A stretch of DNA of 64,000 nucleotides from Barthelona sp. PCE. Lineage: Eukaryota. The notes below the pieces were generated by a model, which did no database searches, was not told the origin of the DNA, and saw only the letters and a list, made by a program, of their open reading frames with translations. Positions 1 to 12,000 of the stretch are shown here, piece by piece. How positions within the stretch are numbered: position 1 is the first letter of the stretch; each line of letters opens with the position of its first letter. The stretch covers positions 682,001-746,000 of the forward strand of contig JAUFOR010000005.1 of the NCBI GenBank assembly GCA_040285745.1, read 5' to 3'. The position numbers were made by a program, and so were the translations under genes.

Positions 1-3000
1 CGTAAATTGCGTTTCTGATGCGGTCGATGTCCAGCATATCATCAACAATAAACTCGACGTGCATATTATACAGAGAAGATGCATCGATTAACTTACAGAC
101 GAGCCACAGACGCTGCTGTGCGAATGAGAGCTCGTAAGAAGCCTTGTTGTGCTTCTCGAACGATGAAACTGAAGCACGATTCATTACAGAAGTCAGCGAA
201 CTGATGGACTGACTGAGAGTCTCCGGTGTCGGGTTGACAAAAATGTGACTCACCTTGATCTTTTGATTGAGCTCCTGTGAAAGGCGGGCAATTACCTGTG
301 TGGCCACAAGCGAGTGACCACCCAGATCGAAGAAACTATCGCGTATACCGACAGTGTCAACACCTAGTACCTCCTCAAAGACGCGACAGATAAGCTTCTC
401 GATCTCTGTCGTTGGTTCAACATAATTCGACACAGAAACAGTCTGAGCAACAGAAGGCTTTGGCAAGGTCTTGCGGTTAACTTTACCTGATGTTGTCTTG
501 TTAAAGTGTGATACAACAATATAGCGAGCAGGAACCATGGTGAGTGGCAGCTTCGTAAGCATAAACTGACGTATGTTCTGAACGTACTCGGTGTTATGCA
601 GAACAACCAACTCATCTGATTCGGTCAAGTGAGAATACTCATGCTCGCGGGGAACAACATACGCACACAGATAGTTATCTCCCGACTTATCCTTAACAAC
701 AGTGATTAAACCAGTTGATACTTCAGGATGAAGAAGTAAAGCACTGGCTATCTCACCAAGCTCCATACGAAGACCATGAATCTTGACCATGAAGTCAGTT
801 CGGCCCTTATAGTGGATGAGACCCTCGTTGTCATATCGACCAAGATCGCCTGACATATACACATACTCATTTCGTTCTTCAGTGAGTGCAAATGTTCCGA
901 AACTTTTCTTAGTAAGATCAGGACGCTTCCAGTATCCGCTTGCAACGGCGGCACCACCGGTGTATATCTCACCGACAGCACCCTTTGGTGCGAGGTAGCC
1001 GTTCTGTACAATCCAGCAAGTGTAGTTATCAAAGCAATATCCGCATGGAACATAGGTCTCTCCCGGTTTTGTTTCGTAATATGTGGTCTCAAGACAGCAC
1101 TCCGTTGCACCGTATGTATTTACCAGCTTCGCGTTGGGGAACTTCTCGTAGAACAGGTCACGCACGTATGTAGTCAACGGTTCTCCACTGAGGAACACGT
1201 AACGCAGACCCTGGTACTTCTCCGCATCAATGGCATCAAGGAAGGCCTTAAGCATACTGGGCACAAAGTAACAAAGAGTGACATTGTGCTGTTCAAACTC
1301 TTCAAATATCTCAACCGGTTCACGGTGAGCATTGGGTTGTGTCATATGGAGAACAGCGCCACACAAGAGTGGCACGATATACTCCCATACACTCGGGTCA
1401 AACGTCAACGTTGTCTTTAGAGCAATGACGTCCGCAGCGGAAGCTTTTGTGTACTCCAACTGCCAAATCATACGGTTCATAACGGCATCGTTTGTTGTTG
1501 GGATACCTTTTGGCGTACCAGTCGAACCTGAAGTGAACACAATGTAACAGCGATCGTCGAACGAAACTGTCCAATCGAAGCTCACCTTCTGATCTAAATA
1601 ATCGCTTGTGGACACTAAATCCACGTCCAACACGTGGCAACCGGACTCGCCAATGATGTCGGGTAAACGATCCCTCAAGATATCGTCGTCCACAATCAGC
1701 ACCGACATGTCAACATCTTTAACTAAGAAATTGATACGGTCGGTTGGGAAAGACGGCTCCATGGGAACATAGAGAGCACCTAGCTTGAAACATGCCAGAA
1801 TAGCAAACATCATCTCTGGTCTACGCAGAATGCAAATACCCACTGCATCACCCTTTGTCACATTGTGCTCTAAAAGGTATGCACACATTGCGTCTGTCTC
1901 GGCAAACAGCTCGCGGTACGACCATGAACTTTCTCCGAACGTCAGTGCGCAATCATCGAGATGCTGGTTACCATAAGAGAAAATGTGCTCGAATATTGTT
2001 AGTTCAGGACGGGCAATTGGTTTTGGATTCAGACCGTAGCGCAACTCATCGAGCTCTGCAGGTGTGATACACTGGATCTGCTTCAGCTTGGTGTAAACAT
2101 CAGTTGAAATCAGTCTCTCAAGCATGTATGCGAAATTGTTCGCAAAACGTTTGATAGTATCAAGTGTGAACAACTCTGTTGCGTACTCAAACTCAAAGCG
2201 CAGGCCCTCGCTCTCCTTATAGGCTAGCAGGGACAAATCAAACTTTGACGAAGTTGTTTCGTATCGGAGCTGGTGTACCTCACACTCACTGAGTACAAGC
2301 GATCCTGTGTCCATTGTTATCATGTTGAAGAATGATTGGAACAAAGGGTTTCTGTTAGCTGATCTCTTTATCTGAAGAGTATCAACCAAAATATCAATGG
2401 GAAGGCTCTGGTGGTCAAATACCTTAACAAATCCATCACGCATAGCCTCAACGAATCCTAGGAATGATCCTTCAGCGTCATAAGAGGAAAGAACAGGAAC
2501 TGAGTTTACGAACAGACCAATAACTGACTCCAAATCGCTGAGCATACGGTTAGCAACTGGAACACCAACAATGACGTCCTTTTGGTTCGAGTAACGGTGA
2601 AGCATGTAAGAAAATGCTGAAAGAAGCAGAACAAACAAAGAGCAGTTGCATGACATTGCCATAGACTCCAGTTCTGCAGTGATGGTAGGATTTAGAACAA
2701 GAGAGTACTCGCTTCCAGTCCATTCCAGCACTTCTTTGCGGGGGTAGTCGGTTGAAAGATCAAGAACTGTGGTGCTTGCCTCTCCCAAGTAGTTTTTAAA
2801 GAACTCCAACGAGGATCTAAACTCAAACTCCTCGCGTTCCCATACAGCATACTGTGGGTAATCAATGGTCGTCTGCTTGACGGGTTTAGCGTTGTAAATT
2901 GCGCTGAGCTCCTCAAAAAATATTGACATTGACCAGCCATCACCAGCAATATGGTGAATACAGAGCCAAAAGTATGCGGCCTTCTCAGTTTTGATAAGTT

Positions 3001-6000
3001 GAGCACGAATAGGTAGCTCCTTAGCAAGATCAAAGCCTGTAGCAGTAAATGTAACCCATTCAGATGCTAGTTCTGACTCTGCCACAGTACGTTGGACGAA
3101 TATTTCAGCAGGGATATCAGAAACTGGTTTGATGTAGGCTATAAGCTCTTCGTTCACCAGCTTATAAACTGTACGGAGAGCGCTATGTCTTGAAACAACA
3201 CTTCGGATTGCGGCACTGAGCTTCTCAGCATTAAGAGCACCAGTGATACGGAATCCAAACGGCATAAGATAGAGCTCACTGGACTCGATCAAGCTGTCTA
3301 ATATCCAGAGACGCTTCTGGGCAGCAGAAGGATAGAATCGCTGGTTAACCGAAATCGCTGACAAATCGGGCATTGAAACAAGTGAACTACGACGGATAGA
3401 TCCGGCTATATGAGCCACGGTTGGCTTATCAAAAAGCGCAGACAGACTTAGTGCAGTCTGGAATTTGCGCTGGATCTCACTTCGCAATTGAACATATAGC
3501 AGCGAGTGACCGCCCAATTCGTCAAAACGATCGTGTATACCAATTGGATAAGTGTTAAGGATCTTACCAAAGATAGAACATAGCTCAGTCTCAAGATGAT
3601 CACGCGGTGGTACAACATCACGGTTCGTGACAACACATGATGGGGCCGGCAACTTCTTACGGTCAACCTTACCACCCGGTGCAAGCGGCATGCGTTCCAA
3701 ATCAATGAGCATTTGAGGCACCATAAATGCTGGTAAACGTTCCTCCATGAACTTTAGTACAGATGCCTGACTATATGCCTCTCCGTGAGCGGGAATAACG
3801 TATCCAATGATCAAACCATCAACAACCATGGCGCATGAAGTACTAACAGCGGGATGCAAGGTCAAAAGGTTCTCAATCTCACCCATTTCAATACGGTGAC
3901 CACGGATCTTTACCTGGTAATCACGTCTACCAATGAACTCCACAAATCCGTCTTCGGAAAAGCGAGCCATATCACCTGTACAGTACATCTTACCGTGTGG
4001 TGCGACTTCAACATTGGTCAGCGATGTGTACATATCACTGACAAATGTCTTTGCTGAAAGTTCGGGTCTCTTGTGATATTCGTGTGCGACACCAACACCT
4101 CCGACATACAGTATACCTGTAGCACCGGCGGGAAGAACACGTTTGTACTGATCAAGTACAAAACACGTACCGTTCGTGATTGGGCGTCCAATAGGAACGG
4201 TTCGTGTGTTAAAGTCCTGTGAAACGTCAAAGTATGTCGCATACGAAGTTGATTCGGTGGGACCATAAAGGTTAACAAGACGCTTGGGGCTATACTGACT
4301 TGAAAGTAGTGTAAGCGCAACGTTCCTGTTCATCGCTTCACCACCTGTTGACACACACTCCAAATCACTGAAGATATGTGGGTAATCACGTACGTATCTG
4401 TTGAAGAGCGCGGTTGTGAGGAAAAGATGAGTGACTTCGAACTTTTCGATACACATTGCAAACAGATCTCCGTCAAGGACCTCGTTCTTCGTGATGACAG
4501 CGCAAGTTCCTCCATTAATTAATGGAGCCCAGATCTCAAACACGTGTGCGTCGAATGAAATCGTTGAGCACTGCGCCTGGACCATACTGCTGAAGCATGG
4601 AACCTGAGCATTCTCACAAACCATACGGAGGACACCTGACTGTGGTAAGACGCAACCCTTGGCGCGACCTGTTGAACCGGATGTATATATCATGTAGCAC
4701 GGCAGCATTTTGTCAGCATTGCTGTTTACCACCGCGCAATAGTCAGACATCGCATCACATGAGGCAAAACCATCAATGCACATCAGAGGACAGTCTGTCC
4801 ATTCGAATACATCCAAATGTTGGTTCTCAACAAACAGCATCTGCGGTAGTGCATCATCAATCATGAAGCGCAAACGTGACTCTGGATACGTGGGGTCAAG
4901 CGGAAGATAACAGCAGCCTGCACGGAGAATACCCGTCAGAACACAAATGAGAAGAGGGCTTCGAGACATGGATACACCAATAACTGCACCTTGTTCAACA
5001 CCTGCGTCAACCAAAACACCCGCGATGCGGTTGGAGTAGTGCCACAGATCACCATATGTGAGCGTGTGTGTTGATGAGGTGATGGCAACTTTTGCCTTAT
5101 TATGCGAGTCGATAATGTCACAGATGTTAACACCAAAGTCGACCGGTGCGTGTGACTGGTTGAAAGAAAGCAGCTCATCGTAGAACTGTGGCGGTGTGAA
5201 AGAGACGTGACTCATGTTTGTGGCGGAAGATAGTGTCTCAAGCGACTGAGCAATCTGTTCAACAACCTGGAACGTTGAAGTTACAAGGCACTCATCCACC
5301 TTTGCTCTTAAGTAAGAAATATCAAATTGGATACCATCTTCGATGTCAACTGCAATTGTGAACGGGAACTGGGTAACACCCTGTGGCGACTCACACGTAA
5401 ACAACGATGAATCTCCGGCTGATGCGTTTTCAAAGACATACAAAACATCGAACATTGATGGGAAGGACGTGATTGCCTGCAGTTCTGCAAGAGATATCTG
5501 AGAGTGGGCGCCAGCCATCACACTTTTGTGCTGAACTGCATTAACAAAGTCACTGAAACTCTGCTTCAGATTGGTGTTAATACAGATGGGCACAGTTGTA
5601 ATGAAGAGGCCGAGCGCCGAATCCAGATATTCAACCTCCAGATCACGACCGGAATATGTAACACCAAAGCACACAGAATCGGTGTTAGAAAGATAGCCAA
5701 ATGCGAGCATACAGATAGACTGAACAACTGCGTTGACTGAAACACCAAATGAACGGGCAGTCTTCAATATACTGTTAACGCTGCTCTTTGGAAGCGCGTG
5801 TTTGGCAAAGCCAACCGTTTGATCAACTGATGAGGTGTACTTGAATGGAAGCTCCGAATACTCAAATCCAGACAGTTCTTCGCGCCAGTACTGCAGGTTA
5901 CCCTCCTTAACTGATTCAAGTTTTCTAAAGTAGCTTCCGAAGTCAAACAGCGTTGGCTGAAGCGTCTTCCTGTGAAGTAAAGTGGTGATGCTGGTGAGCA

Positions 6001-9000
6001 ACAGCTCAATACTCCATGCGTCCAACAGCACGTGGTGGTTCACAATAACCAAACGCGATACTGCACCACCTGGAACAACTGCGAATCTGATAGGATCAGT
6101 TGCCAAAACACTGAGTCCTTCGGAGAGCACAGCGAAAGCCTCACTCACAGATGTAAAGTGTGGAACACTGTCAATACCCGTAGATGTGGTTACGACAACA
6201 CACCCTTCCTCAGTCTCATTAACAAACGAGCGGAGGAGTGGGTGGTGCTGGACTATCTCGATGATGCACTGATCCAACATAGCAGGTGCAACATCAATGC
6301 TCCAAACGTTCTGCTCAACATACGCGTTTGTATCAGAGCTACGCTTAAAATGATAGTACATTCCTGTTTGCATGTCTGTTAATGGCATTATGTTCTCAAC
6401 GTGGTGTGCGACAGTGATAGCATCGAGATCAGCCTTGGTGACAATCTTACCAAAATCTTGGGGCACAAATAGACTCTCGTCCAGGGTGAAAGGGAGCTTG
6501 CACTGCTCGAACTCATCAACCATAGATGGGTCACAAGATATTACAAGCACGATATCACCATTCAAAACACCAGCTTCGACGACAACGGAACCCATCAGCT
6601 GGTTTGAAGCAGCAACAGCTCCGTCATCCTTCAGGTCATCAAGGGAATCAATGACACCAATGAAATTAAAGACGACAGAGTTTGTGATGGATAGCAGCTC
6701 CTCATCAGTCATACATGCAAGAGCATCATGCATCGGGGCTGAATGAATGATTTCCTTGACAGACCTGATGTCTGCGTCGCGGACAATAGCAGGACGGAGA
6801 GCCGTGAACCAACCAACCGTATCAGAACAGTCGATTGGAAGCAAAACTCGACCCATTGATTCGAGCAATATGGGGAACTCCTCACGTTTGAATGAATTTG
6901 CAAACATACACACAGCAAGCTGTTCATTTGAAACACGATGGCGGTCGAAAAACTCTCTCGCTTCACTACCGATCTTAAATACCATGTCAACTGTAACACT
7001 CCCTCCAGTAGTTGTTGTGGGAGCATCAAATATGTTACAGACGCTGATAAACTGCTCCATGGAGCGACGCACTGAAGGAGATACAAGCTGTGATGTGTGC
7101 TCACTGAACTGTGGAAATACATTTCCGGCAGCCATGAGCTCGTCACCAGCAAGAACTGTCTCCAAATCAGAAACAATGAGAGCCCAACTGACAATGTCAA
7201 CTGCCATATGGTGCACAGCAATCAACAGCTCTCGACCGATGCAGCGTACCGCAAGGACGGGACCATTGAGTGACACAGACTGACACACCTCCTCAACTGA
7301 AGCATCCGACTCAAAGAATGCAAAGTCGATGAGATCGGTAATACCGTAGCTTCCATTATTGTAAACCAAACGGAGCATATCATGCTTCTTGATTAATGCG
7401 GTGATAGCCTTCTTAACCAGACCTGCCGAGTAGTCCTTTGACAGCTCGACTGTTTGATATTGACAGAAATGGCTGGGCTTGTCTAGATTCAATACATTGA
7501 AATAACGCTGAACAGGAGAAAGCTCTACACGATCCCTGCTCTGTACATTAATGATCTTACTCTTCTGCTTGATTGGTGTCAAACGCTTTGCCATTGTGCA
7601 TAAAATGGGAGCTTCAAATACCTCAGGAACGCTAAGTGAGAAACCATTCTTTCGAATGAGACTGATGAGCTTAATACTAATAATGGAGTCACCACCAATC
7701 TTAAAGAAGTTGTCATTAATGGAGATATCACTTTGTGACACTGAAAGCACTTCACTCCACAGCTCAACCAATAACTGTTCTTCTTGAGAAGTTGGAAGTT
7801 CAACGAGTGACTTCTTCCTTTCAACAGTCGGCTTGGGCAGACGTTTGCGGTTCACCTTTCCGTTCGGTAAAAGAGGGAATTCGGGAACCTCAACGTAATG
7901 AGAAGGATGCATATAATATGGCAACCTTCCATCCAGAGTAACTGAAATCCGGACGCGGTTGAGCACACCAAGACAATAGGCGACTAACACGGTTTCTTTG
8001 CCGATTTTAACAGGCATAACGATACATCGCTCAATACCAACGTCGCTTTCAATGACACGCTCGACTTCACCGAGCTCGATACGGTTGCCGCGGATCTTGA
8101 CCTGGTGGTCGATGCGGCCGAGGTACTCGACGTTCCCGTCTGCGCGCCAGCGCACGAGGTCGCCCGTCTTGTACAGGCGGCCCGCGGCGAACGGGTTCGG
8201 CACGAAGCGTGCGCGCGTGAGGTCGGGAGCGTTGTAGTAGCCGCGAGCGAGCGCGATGCCACCGATGTGCAGCTCACCCGGAACGCCAATGGGGCACAGC
8301 TGCATCGCCTTGTTCAGCACGAGTAGCTGGTTGTTGGCAACTGGTATGCCGATCGGCGGGTTGCTGCGCATGCCAGGCGTGCACTCGTACCACGATGAGT
8401 CGATCGTTGTCTCGGTGGGACCATACAGGTTAAGCAAGCGGCAGTCATCGACCTTCTCGAAGAACTGGTCGCACATGACGAGCGGCAGCGCCTCACCGGA
8501 CTGAACGACGATGCGGAGGGTGGGCAGCTTGACGCTGAGCACATCGAGGAACGCGCCGAGCATGCTTGCGACGAAGTGCATGATGGTGACGCGCCTCTCG
8601 TTGACGAAGTCGGCGATCTCCCACGGGTTATTCTGCGCGCCCGGCTTGAGCAGGTGAAGCTCTGCGCCGAGGACGAATGGAACGAACAGCTCCCAGACGG
8701 AGACGTCGAACGAGTACGGCGTCTTCTGGATGAAGCGGTCGTCGGCGGTGTACGTGAGGTCGCGCATCCACAGCAGGCGGTTGACGGCGCTGCGGTGCTC
8801 GATCGCGACGCCCTTCGGCGTGCCCGTCGACCCCGACGTGTAGATGATGTACATGATATCGCTAGAATCAGGCTTCCACTGAGTCAACTCCATCACGTTG
8901 TTGTTCTTGAAAACACTGCTTTCCATATCAACAACATAAGCATTTGTCCACATTGTGAGCTGCTCCTTACCACAAAGTACAAGATCGCATCTTGCGTGAT

Positions 9001-12000
9001 CCACGCAGAATTTGAGTCGGTCAATGGGATAGGCTGGATCCAACGGCAGATAAGCGGATCCTAGCTTGAGAATCGCCCAAAGCGAGACCATAAGCTCCAA
9101 TGAGCGCTCAAAACAAACACCAATAACAGAACCTTTATCGACCTGATCCATTAGATGAGTGGCAAGAACACTAGAGGCGTTGTCAAGTTCGGTATACGAT
9201 AAAACTGCACCAGTATGATCAACCAGTGCTGTTTTTGAAGGGTTTCTCTTGACAGATGCTAACATCAGGTCCAAAACTGTACCGCCGATATCATGCTCAG
9301 GCATTGGCAGTTCGCCAACAGCTATCAAATCCGATGCCTCGTCATCACTCAACAAAGGGTGTGACATGACACCAACGTCCATATCAACAACAATACCGTC
9401 AATAAAGCGGGTAAACTGTTCAAGCAACGTGACTGCCTTAGCATCACTGAATAATTCGGTTGAGTACTCCCAAACCAATTCCATTTCATCAGAAAGATGA
9501 CGGACATGAAGTGTAAGATCAACCTTCGCAACATCCAATGCAACGTCCTCGTAAGAGACCTTCGCGTCTCCAAGTTCAAGCACTGACTCCTTTCCGGGGA
9601 GGTAGTTGAACAATACCTTAAAGATTGGATTGCCTTTCATAGAACGATCGACATCCAAAAAATCAACAATGCGTTCAAAACATGTGCTGTTCCTCAACAT
9701 CTTGTCAACATTTTCAACTGTTACTTTGCAGAAATTACGGAAACTTAAGTTCTCTGCCATACTGCTGAATAAAGGCAGGGTGTTAACATAGTATCCGATT
9801 GCCTCCAGGTGTTGTCCTGCACGGTTCAGATGTGTGACACCAACAACAGCATCTTCAGAAGCAGAAACTCGATGAACGAATGATGCAAATGATGCAAGCA
9901 AAATATCAGACTCAGATACCTTTAGAACTTGAGACATACGCTCAATAGCTGCACATGTCTCAGTTGAGAGTCTTGTGCGGATAGAACGACCATCGTATGT
10001 TGGTTTTTCAGGTCTGTTGAAGTCAAAATTCAAATCCAAATCCATATTCTCAAATCCGTCCAGGATGGTCCAATAGTCGGTGACTGGGTGGTCAAAAACA
10101 TTAGGGCGCGGGGGCACCTCAACGGGCACCGCTCCTCCTCTGTAAAGAGTGTTGAAAGCTTCAACGAAAAGGTCGCAGGCAAAACCATCAATTGCAATAT
10201 GATGGAATGAGAAGCATATCTTCTCATTTGGCACAACTGCACAGCGAAATACACATTTCTTGAGATCAAAGGGTTCATTCAGGAAATCTTTTTCAGAAAG
10301 ATTCGAGTCAATGCGGAAATCAAGCTGAAGAACTTCGCACTGTGTGATCTCTCCATCCTTCAAATAGTATCCTGTTCTGAGTGCTACGTATGTCCTAAAC
10401 AGCTCCTGCACGGTCGCTCTTACACGATCTGCGTCGAACCCGCCCTCAACATTAAACACAAGCGGTAAATTATATAGTGATGATGTAGGCTCCAGTGAAT
10501 GGAGGAAATATAGTGATTTTTGACCGTCAGAAACAGCTGTTGTATCTATTGAGGCAACGCTCATCTCCTGTTTATCAGTAATAAGACTAGCAAGACGGGT
10601 TACAGTGTTACACACCTTCATTTCCTGAATCGAAACGGTAGCTCGGCTGGAAATCTTGCTAATAACACGGATAAACTGCATGGAATTACCGCCCAAGAAT
10701 TCAAAAGCATCATCACGAGATATTTTAGTCGCATCGATATTGAGCACTGAGGCAAAGACTGAGGCAACAAAAACCTCCATCTCGTCAACTGGTGGAACAA
10801 TAGCGCGGGTGACCGTTTCATATTTCATAGAGTTCAACAACTTTCGATCAATCTTACCTGAATTAGATAGTGGAATCTCACTCAGCAATACATACTCATC
10901 TGGTATCATATAATACGGTAAGCTCTGCTTCAGAAGAGTGGAAAGCTCTGTCACAACGTCAGCAGCCGCATAAGATACAAAGAAGCAAACGAGCTTCTTA
11001 TCACGGACTACAACAGCGCAAGCCTTTGTGATACCAACGGCGTTAACTGCCGCCTCGACCTCGGTGAGCTCAATACGGTGTCCTCTGATCTTGATTTGAT
11101 TGTCGTTTCGTCCCAAGAACAACAACTCGCCCTTCACGATCGAGGCAACATCACCAGTTCGGTAATAGCGCACACCATCTATGTTGACAAAACGTTGAGC
11201 TGTGAGTTCTGGCTGGTTTATGTAACCAGAAGCCAATCCACGTCCCGCAATTACCAACTCACCTGCCGTGAACTCAGGTGCAAACACTCCGTCCTTAAGA
11301 ATACGAACCGATGTGCCCGGGAATGGTACACCGATGGGAACAGCCTCGCCGCAACCGATCAGCTTATTCGAGTGGAAGTATGTTGAATCAATTGTAGCTT
11401 CAGTCAGTCCATAAGTGTTGAACAGACGTGCTGATGGGAAAAATTCGGAAAATTCAATATACTCAACACATGACCAGAAGTCAGAACCGCACATTATGAC
11501 TTTAAGATCATTGTCAGGCATGTTAACCGTTGAAAGAGTACGAAGAACAGTTGGTACAAACTCACATATATTAATGTGCAAGTCACATAATGTGCGTGTC
11601 AATTCGGTGCTATCCAATAACACATCACGATCGCAGATATGAAGAACACCGCCTGAACACAATGCACGAACGAAGTCACCCATTGCGACATCAAACGAGA
11701 AACTTGCCATTTGAAGATGGTTCCATCCTTTTTCCAGTCCAAATACTGACTCCCATCCAGTGTACGCGTTTAAATATGCGCTATGTGGGATGGAAGCACC
11801 CTTGGGCTTACCTGTAGAGCCAGATGTGAAGATGACGTAGGCTATGTCGCTTGCTTGGACTGAAGGTAAAGTGTTATCAACTGTAGCAGAGAGAATTGCT
11901 TGAAAATTGATGCAACGTGCGCTACATTCAATTTCGGAGTCGGTTAACACAAATTCGCACTGTGCTGTCTTCAACATGTGCTCAATACGGTCTGTTGGCA

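Noticed and set aside
8576-9064. 162-aa plus-strand ORF over the GC-rich patch
   Set aside because: Antisense in-register ORF expected from high GC3 on the NRPS strand; no independent motif.
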